Part shown: positions 38,356 to 51,300 of the stretch, piece by piece
How positions within the stretch are numbered: position 1 is the stretch's first letter
How the letters are laid out: every line of letters starts with the position of its first letter
From: Haplodiscus bocki
Taxonomy: Eukaryota
Assembly: GCA_965655095.1 (NCBI GenBank)
Contig: OZ296648.1
Span: 131,936,001 to 132,000,000, forward strand
Length of the DNA: 64,000 nt
Direction of reading: 5' to 3'
The notes under the pieces: model-generated
Seen by the model: the letters and a program-made list of their open reading frames with translations, nothing else
Database searches by the model: none
Told to the model about the DNA's origin: nothing
Position numbers and translations under genes: made by a program

Positions 38356-41000
38356 AAATTGAAATTGAACGGGCGCGAGACAAAATGCTGTTAGTTCCGA
38401 GAAATATCCGTAAAATGTCCGTTTTTTCCGCGTATTTGTTTGTTCCTGTTTCGGTCAAACATCTGGAAAGGGATGTTTTCCGGCATCCTGAGTCTTGCTG
38501 TAGACTGGGAAGAGGTTCAAAGCTGTTGCAGCGTTGAATTTGAATAGCCGGGTCTCCAGGCGTGGGTGTTTTTGTGCACCTGGGACAAAAAAGATTTTCG
38601 GCGTGTTATCGTGGCTGTGATGGACAACTTCACATGTGTTGCAACCAGTGAGTTTAGCATCCTTGGTCATATCATCAGTCGTGGACGCGGCAGTGCCCAA
38701 TGTTTATGTTGTTGGTGGCTCGAATTTGTTGAATGAACGTTACTCAACATATATTGGCAGTGTGATAATGCGAAGACGTTCATTGATTTCCTAATCTTCA
38801 CTCTTCATCTCCTCAAGCGCTGTATGCAGAAGTCATGTCGTCTGTGTTTGAGTCACTGGATCTTTTCTCCACTAACGAGTTTCCTGCGATACGTTTCAAT
38901 GGGGCTGAGAACAAGGTTGGCATGATGTCACAAAATGCCCTGAGAAAAGCTATCATCACCAGAGATCTGTCAATGCCAGGACTTCCTGAGGTGGAGGACA
39001 GCATTGTAGGAGTGTGGCCGTTGATCCTCTCTTACTCGAAAAACAACTCACAACAAGGACGATAGCGACAGTCTTGTGGTGTAGTGTATAACTTTGTCTT
39101 GATGCTTTCCGACGGTGATTTGGTGTTCACACTGATTCTCTTTGCCTAGAAGGAAAGTGTTGACGACTACCTCTATGTCGATCAGATGTTGCTAATGAAC
39201 TTTCGTCTCCTCCATTTGATCTTGGACAAATGTTGATTAGATTGGCATTTAGTTCATTAGCTCACGTTTGTTACGCGTCTCTTTTGGGAAATACTGGGAT
39301 GACTCTAGTATACAAACTAGTTTTTTGATTCATTTTGGTAGATGTCAATTTTGTTGGTTTCCGTGAATACTTTGTATTCTTTCACTGTTTAGGTTCATTG
39401 ATCCATTAGAACTAGGGGTTTCCTGTAGCGTTGCTAGTCCGTTACTCTTTTGTCTTGATGCCCGCTTTGTGCTGTAGGAATTCTCTTGGAGTAATCCTAG
39501 TTTACTCCTCATTTGTTCCGGCCTTATCGGGGGGAACTAGGAAATTTTCCGGACCGCTCCTGTTTTCTTCCTGGTTCGTTTATTAGTCTCCAGCTGAACA
39601 AGGAGAAATTCCGTATCACTCCCAGTTTCTTGTTCATTCAGTTGGAAGTTTGGGGGCAACCGGGAAAATTTCCGTATCACTCCTGGTTTTCTCTTGGTCT
39701 ACTGAGGTGGTCCCGGGGTGAACAGGGAAAATTCCCTTATTACTCATGGTTTGTTCTACAATTAGTTCTACGTGTTTCAGCCAGCAACATCTTTGTGGAG
39801 CTCGATGTCAGGAAGCCCAATTACAGTTATCGCGCATTTGGAGAGCTGTCCCGGTTGATGTACTGCCTTCTTTGAAAAAGTGAGTTTAGTCGGTTGTTGC
39901 CAGTCATCGAGAAATGGGAGGCGTACAAGTTGCCTATACTTTCGTCGTTCCTTCCACTGAAAAAGAGCATTTCTCTCAAGGCAGACCCCTTCTGACAACC
40001 TTGGAGAAAGTTTCCAGCTACTACTTGAATTCTGAGTTCAGGAAAGATTACCGTCATTTCCTGGAGGACCTTGTTCGCATTGTGCTCTGGACTGTTGCCG
40101 CGCGATCCCTGATTGGCCAGTGCTCGAGTTTTTTTTCTGCCCTGAGATCATCGGTGTGGATGACTATTCCGCGGTTTATCTGTCGGGACAGCTGTTAATT
40201 GGGCTCTTTAAGAGGGACTTGACCAAGGGATCTGTGGTAAAGTCAGCTAGGCCGGATTTCCATTTCTTCGTGAGAGAGCAGAGGCAGCTGGAACAGCATT
40301 CCACGAAGAAGCGTCCAAATGTGGGTCACATCCTGTCGTTCGGTGTCTCTCAAGCTGGATTTCGTGCTCGCCAGAACCTGTACCCCGTGAGTATCATTCA
40401 AAAGATATTACTTCTGTGTGGTTATTCTGGTGTTCAAGTACAGTGTGTTTTAGATCTTTCAACTAACTGCTCTTATCGTGCAAGGGCGAAGGGATCCAAT
40501 TTTCACTTTTGTTATGAACCTTGAACGTGTTGTTATTCCTGCCCAAGATGTGACTTTGACAATTGCTTGTGTGTTGGATTTTGTGAGGGCCACAGTTCAC
40601 AGGGCTGAGTTTCCTTTCTGCGTCGTGGATCAACTCGCTTGCTGCTGCAATTGCTTCCGCTGGTGTTGTTTGTTCACGCGCTTCTTTTTATCCTTGGGAG
40701 ATTGTTCGTCTCTGTTCGAATGCTGCTGTTGTTGGTGATCGGAAGCGCTGTCGAGAGGATATGCTTATTTGAGGCAAATCTTCGGAGAATACGCGTCATT
40801 GCAGCTTCGGAGAATACGAGTTTGGGCTAGCAAATGCGGAGTCTCCTGTTCTGGATGACCCTGGATGCCGGACAGGAGTGAGAGTCTCCAACACAGTCGA
40901 AGTTGGGGAGCTGTAGTTGAGACACGATGAGACACGTGATTTGTGCCTTCCAGGGAGTAGCTGCAACTTCAGTAGTCCCGGAAAATTAGGAAGAGAGCGA
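34480..41000 (+). pseudogene. Intron-containing gene remnant, probably transposase-derived (hAT-like), antisense to the adjacent Gypsy pol
   Basis: Short GT-AG introns restore the frame (35626-35660; 40387-40453). Degenerate Zn-finger NCRKNGSV...EILRY....HF, then CSVEFE...WVFLCTW, then C-terminal QNLYP|IFQLTALIV. Confidence 0.5.
39530..39760. repeat. Four ~62-bp diverged tandem units
   Basis: Core (G)AAC.(A/G)GG(A)AA(A)TT(T)CC..A.(C)ACTC.(T)G.TTT repeated at ~39534, 39596, 39657 and 39720. Confidence 0.8.
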
Positions 41001-41449
41001 GGGTCAGCAGTCACCTTCTTTCAATGAAGAAATTTTCACTGGCCGATGGTCCGCTTTGGTGGAAGATCCCAGTTTTGTGGCTGCTCTAAAGAAAAACTAT
41101 GAAAAAGCTGGGTGTCGCAAAGACGGTCGCGATTGCTGTGCTGCTCCGATGTTCCAGATGTCCTTTCTAAAATCCAGACTGTTTTTTGTTTGTCTAGAAC
41201 TATTTGAATCTTGTAGTATTTAGTCCGAAGTAAAATTTTAGAAGGAGTGTTTGATGTAATTGATGACGTTGCGTAGAAAATTGGATTCGTGCCAGGGAAG
41301 ATCTTCATTTTCCTAGATATAAGCAGTAGGCACTCTGTATTGTTTCGGAAATCATGTTTGGAATAGCGTCGGGTTCGGCTCCGGGGATGCTCTGGAGAGT
41401 ATCCTAGGATATAGTGGGAAAGTTTCTCTGAGATACAAAATATCGATAT

Positions 41450-43000
41450 CTGTAATCGTCATTGCAGTTCGGTTATGGACTATAACGCCGATTATTTTTT
41501 GCGCTTCGGGAGTTGGTCGGAAATTGGGTTATATTGCTTCAAATTCTCATTCCGTATGTAGCTAGTATCGTGATCCGTTTCAGTTCCGTCATGTATCCCG
41601 TCAGCCTGGGGAAAAAATTCTTGGGAACTTTCTTGTATGCTCCCCTGAATGGTGCTCATTTTGTCGTCCGCTAGATAAAACTGTACTTTAATTTCGGGTG
41701 AGCTAGGTATGTCACGTTTATAATGATCGTCGTCAATTAAACTTACCATATTCACACTCCCATGCTCTGTCGTAGAAATCATCATGTTTATTGATCACCT
41801 CAGGGTCGGGTTCCCGTTCGTACGTCAAGTAAGGGCTGTGTGGGCGTGAACGCCCTAGTCTCGTGCGAGGAAGCACTTGCGTTTTGTCCGTTCCAATTTG
41901 TTTACCAAATAATTGTTAAACGGCAAAACCTTTTCAACGATATAGAGACCAATCCACCGAATAATTTTATCTTTGATGGTCTGCTTTAGATTGTCAGACA
42001 TACACTTAATATCGTTCTTTTAGTTTTGACGCCTTTGCTTTTTTCTCATGGTACGCTTTTTACTTCATGTAAGCTTTCATGGTGTTCTTGCGAACGTCTT
42101 AGAAATTCATTCTGTTTGATCATGAACGCCTTTACTGACTTGTGAGTTTAGCGTGGGTGTCTTCTGTGGACGATTTTGAAATAATGACAGTTTACTTAAT
42201 GCGTCCATGGAACACTCTGCTAGATTCACACCCTATGCTCGTATGGTAGGTCGTGTGGTAGTTTAAAAATGCAATGTTGACATACTTATGCCATACTGAT
42301 CTTCGTTTGTTCGCCTGTTTTAATGCCTTTTCGAGTGAGACGTGTGTTCCTTCAGGCTTTCCCATCGCTTGCGCGTGCTTCGTTGTTCCATGCTCTAGGA
42401 TAAGTTCAGGAACTTCACCTACTTCTTTGGTAACTTCAGTTACAAAGGATGATCCTTCGTCGGAAATGATTCTCGTTGTTAATTAAGCATAATTGGTCAT
42501 GATTTTGATTATGAGTATGGCGTTTGTTTTTTTATCCTGACTTGGTGTTGGGTAGGTGAACAAGTATCTAGAGAACTCGTCTACGGCTGTAGCAATGCTT
42601 TCATAGCCATCTGACGATGTTTTCTCCGGAATCTTGACAACCTGCATGGAGGTTTTGGGTCCTGTGATGTGTTCACTAGGGTTTTGTAGGGGTAGGTGGA
42701 TGGTTCTCTTGTCAATTCATGGTTCATTGATACATTGTTCACATGGAATGACCCAATTTTTGACCAGCTGCGCCATGTTTGGGTATTGGTATTTCTGTCT
42801 GTACGCTTTCATTAGCTTGGCGATTCCGGGGTGTTTTCCAAATTTTTCCGGCAGGCTCCGGAGTACTTCATCAACAAGTGGCTCCGGTATGAGAAGTTGT
42901 TAATAATTGACGCTACCTGTTTCTCCGTAAGTTTTCCGGAGCAGTTGACCTTGTCTGAGGTTGATTCGAATCTTGTTCGCTTGGTAGTGGTTAATCCGTT
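41450..43000 (-). pseudogene. Gypsy integrase
   Basis: PGIAK...CEQC Zn domain; VDEFSRYLF; IISDEGSSF; GKPEGTH. Confidence 0.85.
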
Positions 43001-43399
43001 TGTTCTTAGTAGCACTTCATCATGTGGTTGGCCAAGTTTTTTCTGTTTCAAAATCTTCATTACTAGAGCGATGTCCTGGTTCACCCATATGAGTGCCTTC
43101 GTCTTCATTCCATTGATGCAGTATGAGGTGCTGTTTCCGTTGATCCTTGTAACTTCTTCGATAATTGACTTCATTGAGGATAGTTCTTCGTTTGCTACCC
43201 ATTCCGTAGCATTTTTCCGATACTGCTCTTTTTGTTCAAGGGTCTGTTCTTCGGTCTCATCTTCACCGTCTGTTTATGTAAAGAAGAACATTGTTTTGTC
43301 TCCGACATCCGAGGACGACGTCGTCAACTCAATAGGTGTTGTCTGTATATCTTCTCGGATTTTGGGCGGATCTTCTCCTTAACTTCTTAAGTTCCAGTC

Positions 43400-44840
43400 T
43401 TTAGAAAAGGTCAGCTGCTGTGTTAACTTAACCGTCGTTGTGTGCTCTTGTGTAATTGAATTGCAACACAAAATCAGATGGCTACCATGGCGTCGGTGGT
43501 ATAGCATTTGTCCGAAAGAAACGTGTAACTGATTTTTGTCTGTCAGGACGATTGTTTACTTTGTTGCTTCGCACGTTATGTGTGCAAATTCAACAAATGC
43601 TATATAAGTTGTCAAGGTTTCTTTCAATGAGATTGACAGTTTAGGTTGCGCAGGGGAGAAGGTTTTTGATCTGAATGCCACAGGTGCAGAGATTTTTTTT
43701 GTTGGGCTTTTCTGCAACTAATTGTCTTGTATATTGAAAACTTATCCAGCACTCCCAAAACTTGCACCTGTCATCAAAACAAGGTATTTTCTTACTAGAG
43801 GCCGTTTTATTTCTTAAGCATTGCTGAGCACTATGTTGACTGAATCAGAAGTTTTTATCGAGTTTTGACCTTATGGTGATTGGAGTTTCTGCTTTCAGTG
43901 GTTTATAGAATGCGTTCAGCTTCTCAGCCACCCTGAAAAAAGATTTTTTGTAGTGATTTACGAAACGCAAGTAGCGTTGCAAGGCCTTTTTTGATTTGGA
44001 GAATCTCACTTTGTTGAGGAAATTTTGGATTTTGTGGGTTTTTGGTGAAACCAGAGATAACCTTTCCAGGGAATTTGACTTGTCCAAACACGAAATGGCA
44101 CTTTTCTATTGTTAGTTTCAACCCTGGTCTGCAAATGCACTCGAAAACTGCCCGAATGTTCTGGGTAAGGTCCGTAGCATTTTTGGCTGCAATTACAATA
44201 TCGTCCACGTACCGACCACATTGGTCAGCTATGACATCTGGGTCCAAGTAGTCGCACATGAAGCTTGCAAATGCAAACACAGATCTGCTCAGACCTTTTG
44301 CAAGTTTTTATAGCTCTGCTGGCAAAGGCGAATGCGGATTTTTCCATTGACCGTTGATCTCCCTTCCGCAAACAGTGACATGCTCGGGAGCAAACGAGCT
44401 TACAGAAACGAAACTTAACTGCCAATTGTTGTGCTGTGTCTGACAAAGGGTTTAGTGGGTGATTGTTATTCATATTTTCATCTGCAATTAGGCTGTTAAC
44501 TTTTCTCAAATCTACAAGTAGCGGTAGCTTTCCGTTACGTTTTCTCCGTGCAAACTTTTGGCTTGCGTACTTGGAGAAGGGTAGTAACATGATCTTGCCA
44601 TGTTTGTGCATCAGGGCTAACTCAAAGATTAGGTCTTCTTTCAAGTGGATTGACATTGGTATTTTTTGGTCGTAGACAGCTTTGTCAATTTTGGGTGTCA
44701 GTTTCACTCTAAATTTTGTGTTCATCTCAATGCCTTTTCTTTGCTTACCAAGAACAACATGGCACTCAACTAGGATTTTTCTCAGCTGCTTGGTTCTCAA
44801 GTTCAATGAGCAGTGTAGCTGTACAATCAAATCGTTCAAG
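43400..44840 (-). pseudogene. Gypsy reverse transcriptase and RNase H
   Basis: NGKLPLLVDLRKVN, KSAF, YVDD (~44200), LTIEKCHF, LQRYLRFVNHY; LMTGASF (RNase H D-A-S position) near 43770. Confidence 0.9.
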
Positions 44841-45379
44841 GAATTTTATGTTGAATAAGCCTTGTCTGTGGGGTTTAATATTTTCTTTTCCGTTTAATTC
44901 CTTCGATTCGTTGAGGCTTCGCTTCCGTAATGGAATATGATCCTCAGTTTTGGGTGGATTTTGGGTGTGGGAAACCAAGTTGTGTTGCTCTGCTGTTCAT
45001 GTTTACTTGTTCTAAGTAGCTCTTTCAGGTACGTAGTCAAATCCGATCATCTCCTTTTGGATCATGCGCAGAAATGCCGTGTCCACTGGTTCAATGAACT
45101 TGAGTTGCTTGGGAGTCACTACAGAGAATTCGGCATTCTGTGTGTTCTTTCAGATCGTGTAAGGTGATTCAGTTGTATTGGTTACTGTAACTGTTACTTT
45201 TTTGTCAATTGTTGTCGATTTTGAGTGGGCAATTAGAAAACTTGCCCTTTCTGTTAATCTTTCCCGTGGGTTCACAGTACCACTTGTTTTCCATTGTGAT
45301 TGATGATTGACAAAAACAATGTTTGTTTGTCAGGTTGTCATTGCTAAAAACAGGTTGAGGTTCCACACTTTCTTCGCTC

Positions 45380-45760
45380 TTAGCGCTTTTGACTTGCATT
45401 TTCAGGTGAAGAAAGTGGATGAGGCCATGGGTAGTATCAGTTACTACACCGTTGTGCCCCAACAAGTGCAACCCAAGAAGTGGCCTTGCCAGTTGCTTCA
45501 ACACGACGAAATGTTCTGCGAACGTATTATCGCCAATTTCAAATTTGAGTGTGGCTGTTGCTAAGGATTTTTCTGGTTGACCGTTTGCCACTTGTACTTG
45601 GAAACTTGGAGGTTCGTCAAGTTTGATGGTGTTGGTAAGGGAGTTCTATTTCACATTCAGCAACCGCACGGACATATACTCCAGAATCACCCAGGGCATC
45701 TTCAATCAGGTCTTTGTTAAAATCCAGAGGGACGTACGGCATCTCTTTCCTCGTTTTGAG
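45380..45760 (-). pseudogene. Gypsy aspartic protease
   Basis: ALGDSGVYV at ~45675-45700; VANG..; PLLGLHLL. Confidence 0.8.
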
Positions 45761-46299
45761 GACTAAAGTGGAGGACAGTGGCACATAGAGCTCCTTCGTA
45801 TTTTCATCTCTCAGAAGTATTTCTTCAATCTGTTGTGCTGTTATTGCGAGAGGATGGAATTTGTCAACTCCAAGACTTTTAGCTGTTGTGTCGTTAATTG
45901 TTTCCTGAATTTTGGGTTGGTTGTTCTGGGAAATGGTGAGGAGTGGTACTGGTTTCCTCCTTGTGCTGTTCTCCTGAATCGGTTTCCTATCAGATCCGGA
46001 GTTGTAGGTGAGGTTTGTTTTAATGGCGATGTTTGTGATTCCACATCAACTGTTTGTTGTGACTCAAAAGTGAGATTGTTTGGGGTAGTTTGAACAGTAG
46101 GGTTCTTATCGGTCTTGAGTGAATCGAACAATCTCACGGATATCTCCGGAGGTTGCTGCCAGAAAACCTTTGGGAAAATTGGGAGTGAATTTTCCGGTGG
46201 CCTCCGGTCTGTGAATTGTACTTCCGGAGTGAGGACGTGGCATTTCTAGTTAGAAGTTTGGGCTGCAGCTTGGAAACTCTCATTTGTATCGTTTCGGGT

Positions 46300-47819
46300 G
46301 ACAGTTTGTTGGACATGGTTCTAGCCTGACGGTTTCTTGTTCCGAGGAAGCGGTCTGTTTGCTGTGCATTGGCTCCAGAACATATCTATCTGTGGAGTGG
46401 TTTTCTTTGCCACATGTCTCACAGGGGGGGGGGCGGTTGACAGTATTAGGTTTTCTGTCTTTTTTATTTGTCTAATTGCGGTTGTTTTTATTGGTGTTGT
46501 GGTTGGAGTTTGTGGATGCACCTTTATTGGTTCCAGATCTTTTTTGTGTCCACAGCTTGTTCTCTTGTTTTCTTCAGCTGTCGGTTTTTGTTTTTGTCAT
46601 GTTCCTGATTGTTACGTTGGTGGCATGAGGGTCTTGGCTCCTCGGAGCTTTTAGTGGCTTACTGGCTCGCCGTGTTTGCTTGTGGCTCATCAGAGGTTTC
46701 CATCCATTCATTTCTGACTCTTGTTCCTCATGTGTGACAATCTGTTCATACGTACCATTCTGCAGATGGGCCTGGTCTAAATTTTTTTTCAAGTGTGCTG
46801 GCATTGTTCAAGTGTAATTTGTTTGATGATGGAATGAGTAGCTATTCCGAATGTACCTTTGGCCAGTCTTTGGGGTTCGTCCAGAAAATCTACTTTTTTC
46901 GGTTGGATAGATTGAACACGAGTTTCTGAAATTTCTGTTTTGCTGTAGCCATTCGCTGAGGCTTGACGTATTTCCTGGGGAAAACTGGTAACATTTTTCG
47001 CAAAGTCCCTCGGACTGGCATGCTAATGTTTTTGAATGTCTGCAACGCATCCGTTCTCATGAGGGAGTGGAAATAGTTGATTTTGTTTGTCTTCAGTCAG
47101 CTGGTTTTGGATCTTGATGCTTGATTGAAAAAGATCTTCAAATAATTCAAACTTCTCAGATTTCCCGTCAAAGATGGGCATTGTTGTGGTGAGTGACTTT
47201 GGCAACTGGGAAGTTTCATTGATCTTGTTGTTGGAAGAGGCTGAGTTGCTGTTGCTCGCCAAAGGTTGAGGGGTCAACAAACTCTTGTCTGCTTCAAATG
47301 TCGCAGGGGTGTTTCCACTTCCGAATGGTGGCTGACTTGTGGAGCGCGCCTTCTTTTGTTTTCCTGAAAAAATTCCAGGGGAGCAAGAAAGGATTTCTTC
47401 TTAACACCTGTCACCATGTAAGAGTTGTCTTCGGGGCTCAACTCCTGTGGGCATTGGCTCAAATAGACTCCCACTTCAGGATGAGGATCATTCTGGGAGC
47501 GGTCTTCATTCATTTTCCGTTTTTCTCTGTTTGAAAGCCGGGATGTTTTCGGAACGGGTCCGGAGTAAACCCGGGCTGATGTGTTCCGGATGAATTGATC
47601 TAGTTGGGATAGGGCGCCCAAATTGAGGCTTTCCGTCCTATCGAACTCCGGAGACAATTACTTTGTTACTCAGCCTTTCATTTCCTCGGACGCCCAAGGC
47701 AAATAGCTGTTCTGAGTTCTAGGCGAATTTATATTTCGAGCCTGGTTGTTCCTACGATGATCTTCATGATTCTCCCCGTTCTTGGCTGCTAACTTTCTGA
47801 TAATCCTCAGAGTTGCCAT
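46300..47819 (-). pseudogene. Gypsy gag
   Basis: Starts MATLRIIRKLAA at 47819; MPIFDGKSEKFELFEDLF; MPAHLKK; degenerate Zn-knuckle region near 46370-46430. Confidence 0.75.
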
Positions 47820-47923
47820 TTTTGACGAAAGGAAAAACAATCAGCAGTGTTTCAAGACTGAATAAACGACTAAGTTTTTGAAATAATTGGGGAAAAGTCA
47901 AAAGTCAAGTTTCGACGGAATAT

Positions 47924-47946
47924 GATAACTGCTACAGCATCAGTAC
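47924..47946 (-). promoter_or_regulatory. Candidate LTR end (GTACT) and degenerate tRNA-Ser primer-binding site
   Basis: The minus strand reads TTTGTAC-TGATGCTGTAGCAG, close to the tRNA-Ser PBS TGGCGCTGTGAGCAG, ~120 nt upstream of the gag ATG. Confidence 0.4.
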
Positions 47947-48519
47947 AAATTTATATTGTGTCCTGGACTGTCATTTTTTCTATTCATACAATTTCGTCGG
48001 TGGGATACTCAATTGTTGACAAAACAAGTCAAAGTACAAAGAAGGAAAAGTACTAGTTTTTTTTAAAAACAGTTTTTTCATCAATGTTTTCCCTTATGGA
48101 CTCGTCCCTCCCATCTTTTGACAAAAAACGGCGGCCCCAATCTTAATCCGGCAGAATTGGATATGAGGAGTTTCCTCCCGCGCCTACAATTTATAAACGG
48201 ACGGAGTAGTATATATTCTATAATTGGAAAATTTATATTTTTCCCTAATTAGAAGAAATGAACAAAAAAACTCATAGATTTAGTATGAAAAAAGTAAAAG
48301 TTATTAAAAAGAGTAAATAGTAAATAAGGCATACCTTTTGCAGTGTTTCATTTGCTGATCAGTAGTTCATTGTCATAAATGAGGAGAAACTAGTAGCACT
48401 GCTAGTTTTATCCCCGTTCAAGCTAGCGGTTACTAGTATTTTCCGGAAAATATCCGTTGCCACTACTAGCGTCAGTTAAAATCATTCAAGCAGTGTTGAG
48501 ATTAGGAGTGGATACGCAG

Positions 48520-51300
48520 TCAATAGCTGAGTAGCTGTATTAATGGCGACGTCACCAGACTAGTAGCGTCGTAACACGTGCTAAACAAACATTCAATTCT
48601 GGAGTCTGCGACGCTTTATTCAGTCACGCTGCTAGTTTAGCTCCAAAACTAAGCTGCACTATGTTATGTAGCATTTATTGCAGTCAATCGAATTAATCAG
48701 TCATTGAAATGGATTTCAATCAATTATTACATAAATTCATATGGATGGAAAGTGAATGGAAAAGCTCTGTGGAATTTGTTTTGTTCCGCAACGGTTCGGT
48801 ATTATTCTGGATCAATTCACTGGTGTGATCCGTATATCATATGGATCAGTGTACATGAATGATAGATGAGATTGCACATGAAAGTTTGCTGAAATAACAA
48901 TAAGTATCTGAGCTTACTTTGAGTCGTGGGGTACCCTTTCTGTTGGTGGGTGTTGACCGCAGGCTTCGCAGGTGTACTGCGACAATCTTCATTTCGGTTG
49001 ATAATTTTGTTCAAACAAAGACATGACGCTTTAAATGGTTTCTGATTCGAAATTTAGTTCCCGGGATGCCAGAAATTGGTGTTTTTCACTGCATTGGGTG
49101 AAAGGTGAACCCACGTCCACGTCCAATCATGAACTTCTTCCAGCTGCGCTTACCTGCTGTATTAGTTCACTCATTGGTGAGTAGGGCTGACCAATAGTCT
49201 ACAGCGCATTCCTGATGAGTTTCCTCTAACGAAATCTCAAGATTTTTTGAAAAATACCTTTCTTTCCGAGGTTGATCCTTTGAATGGTCAATGGTCGCAG
49301 ATTGGCAGTATTATTCTGGTTGTCCTTGCAAACGCTAAAAGTGGTCTTTTATGTAACAGAAACTAAAAAAACGACAGTTGAGGTCATTGCGAGATTGAGA
49401 AGGAGTTATAGATTTCCTGAAAAAGTGTCTAAAAATCACTGATTCTGACACTTGTCAAGACTCAAACATTCAATGGTCAGAAATCACAACCACTTGTCAG
49501 AGAGATCGACGAGTTTTTTGAACGGCTTGCCTTGGTTACTTCTTTATGCAAATCAAGAAGTTTGGGATGAAGAGAAAAAATAAAAAAATTCAAATTTTTG
49601 CCCCTCCAAAGTTTATTATTTGAACGAAACTGGCTGATAATTCAATGTTATTACCTTGGCAGTTGTATTCAATCGGCCCAGAATTACCTAAAAAAGCACA
49701 TTGCCAGTTTTAGTCTGAATGACTGTGCTTTTTTGTGGCAGCAACTGATCCGACTGCACTCAGAAGATTTCGGTCTGAAATCTTTCGTCTCAAAGTAGCT
49801 CAAAAAGGTGACTGTCGGCTGTTCTTTCGGGCTTGTAACTTTTCTTCGCCGGTCGCAGGGGCCAAAAATGATTGCCAGCATTTTAAAAAAGTGATTCGAT
49901 TGGGTTTCTTAGGTTGCAAATGTTCAAATGTTCTCCAGTTAATCCATCTATCACAACTTATGTCTGCAGGTTCTGGAAAAAGGCCCGTAAGTTCTGGAAA
50001 AAGGCGATGCTGAAGTCGCTGGAAAGCTTGTCACTGTCACGCGGATCGACTTGAAATGAGCTTCACACGAGCTTCCGATTGGTCACGAATTGCGGATCGC
50101 AGCTCAGACCACCATTTCCGGCAGTGGTTTGCCTGAGGTCCGAAGCACCTTGCTTTTTGGATTAAAGTAAAAATAGGTTATTTTTGATGCTTTTTTTGCT
50201 CTTTCCCGGTAGAGAATTGTCCAAGCTGAAAAATTGCCACACGTTTGCATTTTACGAACCACGATCAAACGGAGGCCAATTAGGTTGATGCGACAGTGGA
50301 AAAATTTTGAAATACATTCCAACAAATTGCCATTTTTGGATCCCGAAATGCGGCCGCCCAAACAACACAAAAGTCTATCCAAAATTATCATTTCGAACAA
50401 AGTTCGCTGAAAAACACCCTCCAGTCCTAAAAATTGGTTATGAGTCTGCATCGAAGCTCAGAATGATTCAATTGGGTTTCTGAAGAAAATTGGTTGAGAG
50501 ATTCAATCCCGCTGAAACTGCGTTCGAAATAGGCCACCCCTTTACGTTTTCCGCACACTGGTCCGATCTTGATTCCCGACATAAAAGTTCTGATCAGGCT
50601 GCCATTTTCACACTATGAGCTTTGCAGTCTTTTGATGTTTTTGGGGGCACATTGATAGTTCAAATTGTTAGTCAAATTTGTTCATTTTCATCATTCTTCT
50701 TCACAACACTCTCCTGGACTGGCAAATTTTTCTAGATTTTATCGTCCTAATTGGTGAGAAGATGCACAACCTGTGCCAAGTTCAGGTCAAAAATCACCCT
50801 TGGGTTGGGCAAGATTGAAAAAATTTTGGTCCTACGTTGTTGTCCGATTCCAAAAGCAAAGAAAGGATGAAAGTTAGGCGAAAACAGTTCACTAAACTTC
50901 AGTTTTGGAACAACAATGTTTACTAAAAGTGATTTATCTGTGGACTGTCTCAGAGGTTTTGGCTTGAGAAGTAGCTCAGAGCGTTCCAATGAACGTTGTC
51001 TCGGGTTTTATGGGTCAGTGTGGGGATTCTAGTCGCCGTAGTCGCTTTAGAGATTCCTCTTAGAAACATTCCCTGTGGAGTAGGTATTTTTCTGGACCGG
51101 AAGTCCTGGCAAGAGCATTGTGACCTCGAACATCTGTACGCGGATACCTAGACTGAAAATTGGCCTTTTCCGGGCTGTTTTCCGGTTGCGTTTTGGCTAG
51201 AATCGTTGGATCATTACAATATGACCTGAAGTTGAGCCAGAAAACACCTAGGTAAAGACATTGTTGACTAATGAAATACGGAGTTTCACTAATTAAGGGT
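48520..51300 (-). mobile_element. Very old LTR-retroelement remnant (copy B of the LTR-like segment plus RT ghost)
   Basis: 48520-48985 is homologous to 33075-33550. ORF 50104-50451 (GVFQR..MI......L..I..FF...IGLRL...K) has Gypsy RT spacing but no YxDD. Confidence 0.45.

Larger units (their letters stand above)
41450..48050 (-). mobile_element. Ty3/Gypsy LTR retrotransposon (degenerate gag-pol); no 3' LTR found in the window
   Basis: Order gag-PR-RT-RH-IN; PBS-like site upstream of the gag ATG. Confidence 0.92.

Noticed and set aside
39530-39760. Repeat-spacer appearance suggesting a CRISPR array
   Set aside because: Eukaryotic context, diverged repeats, inter-repeat parts not clearly unique spacers, and no cas genes.
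42274-47534. Plus-strand ORFs across the Gypsy gag-pol (e.g. 42831-43382)
   Set aside because: Antisense shadows of pol and gag with no independent motifs or splice evidence.
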